Assembly: GCA_964567665.1 (NCBI GenBank)
Contig: CAZMNN010000005.1
Span: 13,752 to 77,751 of the forward strand
Length of the DNA: 64,000 bases
Direction: 5' to 3'
DNA from: an uncultured Lentisphaeraceae bacterium
Lineage (GTDB): Bacteria; Verrucomicrobiota; Kiritimatiellia; RFP12; UBA1067
Part shown: positions 1 through 8,451 of the stretch, piece by piece
Numbering within the stretch: position 1 is the first letter of the stretch
Layout: every line of letters begins with the position of its first letter
Made by a program: the position numbers and the translations under genes
Notes under the pieces: generated by a model
Seen by the model: only the letters and a program-made list of their open reading frames with translations
Told to the model about the DNA's origin: nothing
The model's database searches: none

Positions 1-470
1 AGAACGCCGACTATTTCGAGGCTGCGGCGAAGGGGCTGGACAAGAAGACGGCCAAGGTGCTCTGCAACCTGTTCATGTCAGACGTGATGGCTCTGCTGAA
101 CTCTTCCGGAAAGCGCATTGTCGAATGTGCAATGACACCTGAGGCATTGCGCTCTCTCGTGGCGCTTCACACCAACGGGAAGATAAACGGGCCGACGCTG
201 AAGGAGCTTTTGCCGGAGCTGTTCGAGAAGGGCGGCGATCCGGAAAAGATAGTTGCCGAACGCGGTCTTGGTGCCGTAAGCGATACCGGAGCCCTTGAGG
301 CGTTTGTCGATCAGGCCATCGCGGCGAACCCGAATGTCGTTGCCGACTACAAGGCCGGAAAGAAAGCGGCGGCCGGATTCTTCGTCGGACAGGTGATGAA
401 ACTGTCGAAGGGCAAGGCAGACCCCAAGACTGTCGGGGCGATAATAGCCCGAAAGCTGGCGGCGCTGTGA
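1..470 (+). CDS. gatB: Asp/Glu-tRNA(Asn/Gln) amidotransferase subunit B, C-terminal part (5-prime truncated by window edge, reading frame 3)
   Basis: Frame 3 from nt 3 reads NADYFEAAAKGLDKKTAKVLCNLFMSDVM... into the C-terminal GatB/YqeY helical domain (KAGKKAAAGFFVGQVMK); stop TGA 468-470 overlaps the next start. Confidence 0.8.
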   Translation, partial: NADYFEAAAKGLDKKTAKVLCNLFMSDVMALLNSSGKRIVECAMTPEALRSLVALHTNGKINGPTLKELLPELFEKGGDPEKIVAERGLGAVSDTGALEAFVDQAIAANPNVVADYKAGKKAAAGFFVGQVMKLSKGKADPKTVGAIIARKLAAL

Positions 471-1033
471 GGATAGCGGGCGGCAGATATCGCGGACGCA
501 CACTCAAGGTTCCGGATGGACTTGATGTGCGTCCTACGCAGGATCGTGTGCGCGAGGCCCTGTTCAACATTCTCATGCACGACATCGCCGACGCGAAGTT
601 TCTTGATCTGTTTGCCGGTTCCGGTGCTGTGGGGCTTGAGGCGATGTCTCGCGGCGCGTCGTCGGTGACGTTCGTCGAGGCGAACCGCAAGCATATTGCG
701 TTTATCGAGGCGAATTCCGCGATGCTTGGCCTGAATCCGCAAATCGTGCGTGGCGATGCATACGGATACGTCTCAGGCTTTTCCGGCGCACCGTTCGACA
801 TTGCCTTTGCCGATCCTCCGTACGTTCTTGGTGAGACCAACGGTTTTGAAGAGCTTTTGCGCAATCTGTCGAAGAAGGATGTTGTGCGGCCGGGAGGGCT
901 TTTCATCGCCGAGACGACTTTGCGCTCTGACGTGCCTGACGTGGATGGATGGGATCTTTGCCGCGATCGCGAATACGGCAAGTCGCGCCTGATTGTGTGG
1001 AAGCGCCAGGGCGGCGTCGCGGAGGCGCAGTAG
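467..1033 (+). CDS. rsmD: 16S rRNA (guanine966-N2)-methyltransferase RsmD
   Basis: DLFAGSGAVGLEA SAM-binding motif and DPPY motif; about 188 aa; ATGA overlap with gatB stop. Confidence 0.8.
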   Translation: MRIAGGRYRGRTLKVPDGLDVRPTQDRVREALFNILMHDIADAKFLDLFAGSGAVGLEAMSRGASSVTFVEANRKHIAFIEANSAMLGLNPQIVRGDAYGYVSGFSGAPFDIAFADPPYVLGETNGFEELLRNLSKKDVVRPGGLFIAETTLRSDVPDVDGWDLCRDREYGKSRLIVWKRQGGVAEAQ

Positions 1034-1034
1034 G

Positions 1035-1526
1035 GTGGTCGTGCTTGGAATAGACACGTCTCTGCGCAGTACGGGGTTTGGTGTGCTGCGCACGGAGGGT
1101 TCATCCATGCGGGCGGTGGACATGGGGACGATCAGGAATGCCCCTAAGCTTCCTCTTTCCGCCTGTCTGCGCAACATACATGCGTCTGTCGCGGATTTGA
1201 TTGCGAAGCACAGCCCGGATGTCGTATCGATCGAGTCTGTGATCTACGGCAAGAACGCAGGCACGATGCTTGTGCTTGGCGAGGCTCGCGGAGCCGTAAT
1301 CACAGCGGCGGTGGATGCGGGCGTTCCGGTGTACGAGTACGAGCCGAGGCGCATGAAGATGGCGGTGTGCGGAAACGGTCTTGCCGAAAAGCTGCAGATA
1401 CAGCGCATGGTCAAGATGCTGCTCGCCTTGCCGGAGCTTCCGCAGAACGATGCGGCGGATGCGCTTGGCCTTGCAATCGCGCACGTGCACGGCAATTCCG
1501 CATTGAGCATGAAAGAGCCGATCTGA
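1035..1526 (+). CDS. ruvC: Holliday junction resolvase RuvC
   Basis: VVLGIDTSLRSTGFGVL N-terminus (E. coli MAIILGIDPGSRVTGYGV); GTG start 1035 preceded by GGAGG at 1021-1025; the longer ORF from 993 overlaps rsmD. Confidence 0.8.
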   Translation: MVVLGIDTSLRSTGFGVLRTEGSSMRAVDMGTIRNAPKLPLSACLRNIHASVADLIAKHSPDVVSIESVIYGKNAGTMLVLGEARGAVITAAVDAGVPVYEYEPRRMKMAVCGNGLAEKLQIQRMVKMLLALPELPQNDAADALGLAIAHVHGNSALSMKEPI

Positions 1527-1579
1527 TGCGCGTTCAGTTTTCGCTGCCCAATTCGCATTCGGCGGCAATCGGCGGCATA

Positions 1580-1588
1580 TGCTATAAT
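1580..1588 (+). promoter_or_regulatory. extended -10 box TGCTATAAT; predicted TSS about 1595-1596 coincides with ATG 1596 (leaderless candidate)
   Basis: Exact TGnTATAAT match 8 nt upstream of the ATG; no SD sequence in between. Confidence 0.5.
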
Positions 1589-1595
1589 CTGCGGC

Positions 1596-2486
1596 ATGAA
1601 CATGAAAACAGCCATGGGTGTATGCTGTGGAACTTTGATGATTTCCGCCATCGTCGTTTTGGCGGGATGCCATGTGCGGCCGCCGTCAGACGCCCTCGAT
1701 GAACCTGCCGCCGTTGAAGACGCGAACCCCACCCCGAAGAGGGTGACGAGACGGATATGTCTCCTTGAGAACGGCGACATCGGGAAGTACTGGTACACAT
1801 GGCTAAAGTCCGCACGAAAGCGCAACTGTGACACGAATGGCGTATTCACCGCTGAGGGGCGTACTCTCATGGTCAACGGGACGGACATGGGATGCGTCAC
1901 CACGCGTGATGCGTACAGTGACTACAGGCTTACACTTGAATTTCGCTATGTCGACAACGACAGGCAGTTGAACAAGAGGGCAGCCCGCGACGGCGGAATC
2001 CTGTTTCATTCAAACGGACCTGACGGGGCGTACGGAAACGGTATCTGGATGTACTCCTTCGAGTATAACATCATACAGGGGGCTGCCGGCGATCTGATTG
2101 TTGTTGGCAATGCGGCGAACCGCGCAGATGCACCGCACTATTCCTGCAAAGGGAACGTCAACCGGGGAACAATGGGGACGCCGGCTCAGCATTGGGATCC
2201 CAGCGGACCCGAAATCGTGCTGAAGGACAGTGGAAGGGTGCGTCGCTGCGACATTGATCACGAATGGAAGAATCTCATGTCGCAGCCGCTTTCACCGAAC
2301 GAAAACCCGATTGGCGAATGGAACCGAGCAGAGGTTGTGTGCCGTGGTGACAGCGCCGAGTTTTTCTTCAACGGTAAAAAGGTCGCTGAGTTCCGTGAAC
2401 TTAAGCCGTCTTCGGGACGCATCCAGCTTCAGAGCGAAGGATTCGGAATAGAGTACCGGAATATCGTGCTTGAGCCGGTGGAATGA
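1596..2486 (+). CDS. lipoprotein with DUF1080 (3-keto-disaccharide hydrolase-like, concanavalin-type) domain
   Basis: Signal peptide with lipobox LAGC; C-terminal IQLQSEGFGIEYRNIVLEP typical of DUF1080. Confidence 0.7.
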   Translation: MNMKTAMGVCCGTLMISAIVVLAGCHVRPPSDALDEPAAVEDANPTPKRVTRRICLLENGDIGKYWYTWLKSARKRNCDTNGVFTAEGRTLMVNGTDMGCVTTRDAYSDYRLTLEFRYVDNDRQLNKRAARDGGILFHSNGPDGAYGNGIWMYSFEYNIIQGAAGDLIVVGNAANRADAPHYSCKGNVNRGTMGTPAQHWDPSGPEIVLKDSGRVRRCDIDHEWKNLMSQPLSPNENPIGEWNRAEVVCRGDSAEFFFNGKKVAEFRELKPSSGRIQLQSEGFGIEYRNIVLEPVE

Positions 2487-2508
2487 CGTGAACAGGCGAA
2501 CGAAGTCC

Positions 2509-4572
2509 ATGAGGTTCATTTGCGGAGCGCGAGGCAGCCGGCTTTCCGTTGCGCAGGCGCAGGGTTGCATTGCCTTTCTTGAGGCTGCCGTCGACGGATT
2601 CCGGGCGAAGCTGCGGACGTTCAAGACGCCCGGCGACAGAGATCTTTCAACCCCGATAGAGAAAAGTGCACCGGATTTCTTCACCCGCGACCTTGACGAG
2701 GCTGTCCGGTCGGGTGCGGTGGATTTTGCTGTGCATTCCGCGAAAGATCTTCCCGACGCCATTGTCGATGACCTGGACTGGTTCTGGCTCCCGAACCGTG
2801 AAGATCCGCGTGACTGCTGGGTTGCAAGGCTTGACGGCCCGCTTGCCGATCTCGACGCAGCAAGACGGAAGGGGGCGGGAGCAAAGATCGGCGTGTCGAG
2901 CGAAAGGCGCCGCTCGTTTGCGGAATTGCGATATCCCATGGCGAATCTGTTGCCGATAAGGGGCGCAATCGATTCTCGGCTCAATCAGTTGGCGGACGGC
3001 AGATTTGATGCGGTGCTGATGGCTGTCGCCGGACTTAAACGCCTCTATCCAGGTTGGGACGGCGGGGACAGGCTTGATGTCGATGGTTGCGCCTCGTTTG
3101 CAGTGAAAACGATCGGTGTGGAGGCACTTCCGCCGCCGGAGGGGCAGGGGTGTCTCGCGGTTGTGTTCAAGAAAGGGGATGCGCGGCTTGCCGCCGTGCG
3201 CCGGAACTTTGTCAAGGCCGTTCGCTTCACGAGCGCAGGCGTCGGTGACGCCGGAACGATAACGGTGCGCGGTGCACGTGATCTGGAAGAGGCGGACGTA
3301 GTGCTTGCGGACGCTCTTTCGGGATTCGGCGGACAGCGGCGCGACGGTGCGAAATGGGTGAATGTTGGCAAGCGTTGCGGCGCGCATTCCATGGCTCAGG
3401 GAGAGATTACGCGGCTAATCTGCGATGAAGCGAGGAAGGGGAGGCGCGTCGTTCGCCTCAAAGGCGGCGACGCCGGACTGTTCGGACGGCTTGCCGAGGA
3501 GACGGCGGCGCTTGATGCACTCGGCATTCCGTATGTTGTGCGTCCGGGAGTAAGTGCGCTTGTCGCAGCCACGTCTCCGAACGGCATTCTCCTCACGAAG
3601 CGGGGCGAGGCCGGCGGGTTTGAGGTTTCCACTCCGAGATCGGCGGGCAAAAAGACGCCTAAGGTGTTTTTCATGGCAACGCGGGTTGCCGGCGAGACGT
3701 TGAAGCGGTTTCCGGCAGACGAACCGTACGCAATGGTGTGGGATGCCTGCGGGCCTCACGAACGGATTCAGACCGGAATGTGCGGGAGTCCGGAACTGCG
3801 GGCGGACGATGCTCCGGGACTGCTCGTCGTCGGCTATGCGGGCGCACCGGTTGCATCAAGGCGCATTCTTCTAACGTGTTCAGAAGCAGTGATGCCGTGC
3901 GCCGAATGTCTGTTTGAAGATAGAGGCTTCCGCGTGGTCAAATGGCCGATGATAGCGCTCAGGTTCCGCGAAAGCTGCCGTGACGCCATTTCAGATGTCG
4001 CAGGCCGGTATGATGCGATTGTGCTTACCAGCCCCAGCGCCGCCCGGATGTTCTTCTCGGAATGCAGTTGCGACCGGCGGCATCTGCCGCGCTTCTGGAC
4101 TTGCGGATCCGGCACGGACGCTGAACTTCGGCGAAACGGCGTATCGAGCGATGTTATGCCAGATGGCGATTTCTCAGCAAAAGGCCTCGTGGAGAAATTG
4201 AAGCGCAATGCCGGAATCGTGAAAGGCAGCCGCATCCTGCGTCTGCGCAGCGCGAAGGCAGGCGGCCATGTCGCCAACGCCATCAGGCGCATGGGCGGAA
4301 AGGTGGATGACGTTGTGCTTTACGACAATGTGCCTGTCGCGCACGACGAGGCCGCCATGCCGTCCTGCGACGCTGTGTTCTTTGCAAGCTCCAGCGCGGT
4401 GGAGGCGTTTGTCTCGCGGTATGGCGCGAAATCACTTTCGCGCATGGACATATACGTGATAGGCGAGCCTACGCGCCGTGCGCTTCCTTGCCGCATGAGG
4501 GGGCGGGCGACGCCTTTTTCGCTGGCGGCGTTTGAGTCCGCAGCCGGCGACACAACCAGGGAATACAGATGA
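2509..4572 (+). CDS. three-module fusion: HemC-like (porphobilinogen deaminase domains 1-2) / uroporphyrinogen-III C-methyltransferase (CobA/SUMT) / uroporphyrinogen-III synthase (HemD)
   Basis: N-term MRFICGARGSRLSVAQA and AVHSAKDLP, VGTSSxRR-like GVSSERRRSF, AVAGLKRL match HemC. Middle TSAGVGDAGTITVRGARDLEEADVV...VRLKGGDAGLFGR...VRPGVSAL matches SUMT. C-term IVLTSPSAARMF...VIGEPT matches HemD. ORF track starts at TTG 2470; ATG 2509 (or GTG 2488) is more likely. Confidence 0.75.
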   Translation: MRFICGARGSRLSVAQAQGCIAFLEAAVDGFRAKLRTFKTPGDRDLSTPIEKSAPDFFTRDLDEAVRSGAVDFAVHSAKDLPDAIVDDLDWFWLPNREDPRDCWVARLDGPLADLDAARRKGAGAKIGVSSERRRSFAELRYPMANLLPIRGAIDSRLNQLADGRFDAVLMAVAGLKRLYPGWDGGDRLDVDGCASFAVKTIGVEALPPPEGQGCLAVVFKKGDARLAAVRRNFVKAVRFTSAGVGDAGTITVRGARDLEEADVVLADALSGFGGQRRDGAKWVNVGKRCGAHSMAQGEITRLICDEARKGRRVVRLKGGDAGLFGRLAEETAALDALGIPYVVRPGVSALVAATSPNGILLTKRGEAGGFEVSTPRSAGKKTPKVFFMATRVAGETLKRFPADEPYAMVWDACGPHERIQTGMCGSPELRADDAPGLLVVGYAGAPVASRRILLTCSEAVMPCAECLFEDRGFRVVKWPMIALRFRESCRDAISDVAGRYDAIVLTSPSAARMFFSECSCDRRHLPRFWTCGSGTDAELRRNGVSSDVMPDGDFSAKGLVEKLKRNAGIVKGSRILRLRSAKAGGHVANAIRRMGGKVDDVVLYDNVPVAHDEAAMPSCDAVFFASSSAVEAFVSRYGAKSLSRMDIYVIGEPTRRALPCRMRGRATPFSLAAFESAAGDTTREYR

Positions 4573-5078
4573 ACAAACTCATAGCATCGTTTCAGGTAGA
4601 CCATACACGCATCGGCTACGGCATCTTCGTGAGCCGCCGCGATGTCGTCAACGGAGCGTACGTCACGACGTTCGACATACGCATGAAGCGTCCGAACGCG
4701 GAACCTGCCATACATCCGAACGCAATGCACACGATAGAGCATATCGTCGCGACGTATCTGCGCAACTCGTCCTTCAAGGATCATGTTGTGTACTGGGGGC
4801 CTATGGGATGCCTCACCGGGTTCTATTTCATCACGAACACAGCCCATGCGATAGAACCGCAGGAGATTGAAAAGCTCATGCGCAGCGCATTCCGGCATCT
4901 TGCGAACTATCGCGGTGAAGTACCGGGGGCGACACCCGTCAACTGCGGAAACTATCTGCTGCACGATCTGCCGATGGCGAAACTTGAGGCGCGGATGTTT
5001 CTCGACAGAGAGTGGAAGTTCCGCTACCCGCCGGCAAAGCGCATAAAATCCGGCGGCCGGACATTCTTCGATGCATAG
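4569..5078 (+). CDS. luxS: S-ribosylhomocysteine lyase
   Basis: FxVDHTR, HTIEHI metal-binding motif, PMGCLTGFY, NCGNY; ATGA overlap with upstream fusion gene. Confidence 0.85.
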   Translation: MNKLIASFQVDHTRIGYGIFVSRRDVVNGAYVTTFDIRMKRPNAEPAIHPNAMHTIEHIVATYLRNSSFKDHVVYWGPMGCLTGFYFITNTAHAIEPQEIEKLMRSAFRHLANYRGEVPGATPVNCGNYLLHDLPMAKLEARMFLDREWKFRYPPAKRIKSGGRTFFDA

Positions 5079-5373
5079 CGGATGCTATGCCATGTTCCCT
5101 TTTGCTCACGGCGTCTGCCTTTAGGTATGCTTCTTTTGACGATGCAATCATACCGGATCTGCAGGCGCCGTGGGCACTCACCCGGCCATCCCCATAGCAA
5201 CCACAAATTTTGAATTTCTTTATTTACGCGTCAACGCAGGGAGAAGACGGCACGGAGAAACGTGGATGATGGCCGCGACCTTTTTTCTTCGTGGAGCGAC
5301 GCGGCGTTCTCTTGTCTAAAACTGCGCCACGAGATATTGCAACTTCCCGTGTTGCATTTAGTTTTTTGCGGTG

Positions 5374-5402
5374 TTGCTAATGAAACCCGATTGTTGTATA
5401 CT
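5374..5402 (+). promoter_or_regulatory. sigma70-like promoter TTGCTA-N17-TATACT upstream of zinc-ribbon gene
   Basis: -35 5374-5379, -10 5397-5402, 20 nt before ATG 5423 with AAGGAGAAGGA SD. Confidence 0.45.
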
Positions 5403-5422
5403 TTGCGCCAAGGAGAAGGAAC

Positions 5423-5794
5423 ATGGCCGAGAATGAAAATCTTGATACGGAAGCTGTCGATGCGGTCGATGCTGATGCCGGCGACGCTCAGATCAACGAC
5501 ACGGACATAGTGTTCGATTGTCCGCATTGTGGACACAGCCTGTGCATCGACTATCGCGGCGCAGGTCTCCAGATTGCGTGTTCAGAATGCGGCGAGGCTG
5601 TGCTCGTGCCGATTCCAGACGGCATGAAGATTGATGATCTCGACCTTGATCCTGGCGAGATACTCAAGCAGCTGTTTGCGACGCGACGCAACCTTCAGCG
5701 TGCAGAGGCTCGTGCAGAGGCTCTTGAGGCGCGGCTTGCCGAAGTGGCGGAGAGGATTGCCGCAGTTCAGGAAATCATCGGTGAGGAAGCATGA
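5423..5794 (+). CDS. small MJ0042-type zinc-ribbon protein with C-terminal coiled coil
   Basis: FDCPHCGHSLCIDYRGAGLQIACSECGEAV (CPxC...CxxC); acidic N-terminus; Ala/Glu/Arg-rich helical C-terminus; ATGA overlap with next gene. Confidence 0.5.
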   Translation: MAENENLDTEAVDAVDADAGDAQINDTDIVFDCPHCGHSLCIDYRGAGLQIACSECGEAVLVPIPDGMKIDDLDLDPGEILKQLFATRRNLQRAEARAEALEARLAEVAERIAAVQEIIGEEA

Positions 5795-6426
5795 GGGCTC
5801 TGTCGTCAAAGGCTCTTTTCGTCAACGCGCTCACGATGTCTCGTGTTCCGCTGATCTTTGCGTACCTTGCGTTTGCCGTCATCGGAAATTTCAGCGACTC
5901 GCTGATGTATCCCGTTGTCGCGTGTGTCCTTGGTGCCGCCGCCGGGCTTACTGATCTGTTCGACGGAATGCTCGCCCGCCGCTGGGGTGTGGTGTCGGAC
6001 TTTGGCAAGATGGCCGACCCGTTGATGGACAAGGTGTACTTCATCGTTGCGTTCCCCTCGCTTGTTTGGCTTGCTGCCGTGCAGGGCGAATCCGCAGCGC
6101 ACGCAGCGTCTCTGCTGCTGTTCACGGTGCTGTGGATACTGAGGGATCAGTGGGTGACGTTCCTTCGTGCCGTTGCGTCCCTCTACCATGCAAACGTCGC
6201 GGCAATGTGGCTCGGCAAGGTGCGGACTGCGCTTTCCTTCCCCTCCGCCGGGCTGATCTACGCCTATTTGGCATTTCATCATCTTTGGCCGGAGTGCGCA
6301 GTCCGTGCAGGGCTGTACGCCTGTTTTGCGATAGAGGCGTTTCTCATGCTTCTGAACGTCTATTCGTTCGCGGTGTACACAAGGACGTATCTGCCGTATG
6401 TGCGGCGGGCGATGGGACGCGAGTAG
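5791..6426 (+). CDS. CDP-alcohol phosphatidyltransferase family protein
   Basis: DLFDGMLARRWGVVSDFGKMADPLMDKV fits D-G-x2-A-R-x8-G-x3-D-x3-D; multiple TM helices. Confidence 0.65.
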   Translation: MRALSSKALFVNALTMSRVPLIFAYLAFAVIGNFSDSLMYPVVACVLGAAAGLTDLFDGMLARRWGVVSDFGKMADPLMDKVYFIVAFPSLVWLAAVQGESAAHAASLLLFTVLWILRDQWVTFLRAVASLYHANVAAMWLGKVRTALSFPSAGLIYAYLAFHHLWPECAVRAGLYACFAIEAFLMLLNVYSFAVYTRTYLPYVRRAMGRE

Positions 6427-6430
6427 CGGA

Positions 6431-7072
6431 ATGGAAGGGAAGCGTATGCTTGAAGACGAACCGCTTGGCGGCATGGACGCAAAACGTGCGGCGGTCGCCG
6501 CCGTCGAGGAGCGTTTCGTGCGCGAGGAACGGCGTCGGCGCAGTCTGGAACGCCGTGCTGCGCTGCGCGGCTGCCTTGCGTGGCTTGCCGTCCTGTCCGT
6601 TGTCGTAGCATCCGCTGCGTATTTAGCCTGCCGCCACTACGGCATAGACTGCTCAGAGGTTGGACGGTATCTGCGCGAAGCGATAAACGGACGCAGATAC
6701 GCGAGAGCCGTCGAGCCTTTTCGCGTGTCGCCGATCGCTGATTGGAGCATGGCACCAGAATCTCTGCGTCCAGGAAAGGTTGAGACAAACACGGTCTACC
6801 ATGCAATGCTGCCCGGAGAGGATGGACATGTCTTGCTGGAGTTGACCGCAGCACCCGGCGTCTCCGGCTTCAAGGTGCGCAGGCTTTCGTCCGTCACGGA
6901 GCCGGTGGAGGTGCCGCCAGAGTCGTTCAAGGCGCTTGTCGCCAAGAATCCGTATCTCATATCCGTCAACGGATCGGTGTATTTCTGCGGCGGAAAGAAG
7001 TCCGCAGCGGCGAAGGAGGCATTCAGAAAGTCGCTGTTCTCTCCGCGCCATGCGGAGGGGCAAAGAAAATAA
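6431..7072 (+). CDS. hypothetical single-pass membrane protein
   Basis: ATG 5 nt after upstream stop; one hydrophobic helix (LAWLAVLSVVVASAAYLA); no recognised domain. Confidence 0.4.
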   Translation: MEGKRMLEDEPLGGMDAKRAAVAAVEERFVREERRRRSLERRAALRGCLAWLAVLSVVVASAAYLACRHYGIDCSEVGRYLREAINGRRYARAVEPFRVSPIADWSMAPESLRPGKVETNTVYHAMLPGEDGHVLLELTAAPGVSGFKVRRLSSVTEPVEVPPESFKALVAKNPYLISVNGSVYFCGGKKSAAAKEAFRKSLFSPRHAEGQRK

Positions 7073-7096
7073 AAAACGGCTTGACGAATTTTTCGC

Positions 7097-7125
7097 TTGA
7101 AGTTGAACACCTTTTAAGGTATCTT
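7097..7125 (+). promoter_or_regulatory. possible promoter TTGAAG-N17-TATCTT
   Basis: Located in the 76-nt gap before ATG 7149; GGAGAAAAGAG SD at 7137-7147; weak match. Confidence 0.25.
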
Positions 7126-7148
7126 ACACACCCATTGGAGAAAAGAGA

Positions 7149-8309
7149 ATGAACAAAGTACTGCATGCCATAGTGTATCTGATCCTCATCGTAGCGATTG
7201 CTGCGTTGGTTTTCGAGAACAGCCTGTTTGAAAAGCGTACGCTTCTCGGTGACAGGAACAGGGCGATGGAGGACTATATTGTGCGGCTTGCCCGTACGAT
7301 AGAGAAGGCCGATGCGCCGCGTCCCATGTCGGTGCCGGAGGCGAAGAAGGATATTTCACCGATTGAGGCGCGTCAGATCGACACCCCTGAAATGGAGAAT
7401 GTGCTTGAGGAGTATCCGGCTCAGCTGGAGGCTCAGAACCTTGAGACGTTCAACTGGGACAACTCCGCCACCCGTCTTCAGCTCCGTCAGCTCTACTATC
7501 TCGGCCCGGACGGACAGCCCATGCCCGATGCGGCCAACTACAACAAGCCGATGACGAAGGGCAAGGGGACGATGGCCGAGCTTATGGATCAGCTTTTCGA
7601 ACGCGCCAAGGCGCAGCAGGCGACGCTGAACAACACTCGTGCGGCTCTCGCGGAGGTTCGCGGGAAGCTTGAGGCGACGGTCGGCGAATACAACAAGCTG
7701 AAGCCGGATGCACGTCTTGCCAAGATGACGGAGGATGAGCTGAAGCAGAGGATAAACAAGCTTGGACAGGACAAGCAGACCCTCGAAGAGCAGGTTGCAA
7801 AGCTGAAGTCCCGCGTCGAGGAGCAGACGGGCGAGATCACAAGCGTAAAGGATGAACTTTCAACCGCAAAGGATGAGGCGGATGTCCTGAAGGAGGACAA
7901 CGCCGCCCTTGACAAGAAGATCAAGCAGCTCCAGAAGCTGATGCAGCAGATGGCTCAGCAGCAGAATCAGTCTGCCGGTGTCGCCGGTGGACTGAGTGGC
8001 ACGGCCGTTACGTCTCTGCCTGCGGGTGAGAAGGGCAAGATTGTCGCTGTCGACAATGCGCTCATGTTCTGCGTGGTGGGATTCTCCGACGAGGCGATGA
8101 AGGAGATGCTCGGCTCCGAAAGGCAGGGGCTTCTTCCTGCGCTTACGCTCTGTGTCCGCCGCAAGGGGTACAGCGGCCCGGCGGGAGAGTTTGTCGGCAA
8201 GATCAATCTCCGTCAGGCGGTTGCGGGCAAGAACTTCGTGATTGCGGACATTCTTGGCGACTGGAGTCAGGCGCCTGTCGAGAAGGGCGATGTCATATTC
8301 TCTGAATAA
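7149..8309 (+). CDS. membrane-anchored coiled-coil protein with unknown C-terminal globular domain
   Basis: N-terminal TM (AIVYLILIVAIAALVF), long heptad-rich central region, C-terminal roughly 100 aa domain; no recognised family. Confidence 0.5.
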   Translation: MNKVLHAIVYLILIVAIAALVFENSLFEKRTLLGDRNRAMEDYIVRLARTIEKADAPRPMSVPEAKKDISPIEARQIDTPEMENVLEEYPAQLEAQNLETFNWDNSATRLQLRQLYYLGPDGQPMPDAANYNKPMTKGKGTMAELMDQLFERAKAQQATLNNTRAALAEVRGKLEATVGEYNKLKPDARLAKMTEDELKQRINKLGQDKQTLEEQVAKLKSRVEEQTGEITSVKDELSTAKDEADVLKEDNAALDKKIKQLQKLMQQMAQQQNQSAGVAGGLSGTAVTSLPAGEKGKIVAVDNALMFCVVGFSDEAMKEMLGSERQGLLPALTLCVRRKGYSGPAGEFVGKINLRQAVAGKNFVIADILGDWSQAPVEKGDVIFSE

Positions 8310-8451
8310 ACTCGCGCTTATTGCCGCCCTCCTGCTTCTGGCGGGTTGCATCGCGGACACTGCTGAGGATTCGGATCTTCCGTGGGCGCGCGATCAGGGT
8401 TGGGAAGGGCAGATACCGATTCCCGGAAACGCGGCGGGCGCATATGATTGA
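8290..8451 (+). CDS. small putative lipoprotein (53 aa)
   Basis: MSYSLNKLALIAALLLLAGC lipobox; overlaps both neighbours (ATGATTGA coupling to the next gene). Confidence 0.35.
   Translation: MSYSLNKLALIAALLLLAGCIADTAEDSDLPWARDQGWEGQIPIPGNAAGAYD

Noticed and set aside
2470-2508. TTG start (2470) of the HemC/SUMT/HemD fusion as given in the ORF track
   Set aside because: It would overlap the upstream gene by 17 nt and start with TTG. ATG 2509 aligns exactly with the HemC N-terminus (MRFICGARGSRLSVAQA), so the shorter model is preferred.
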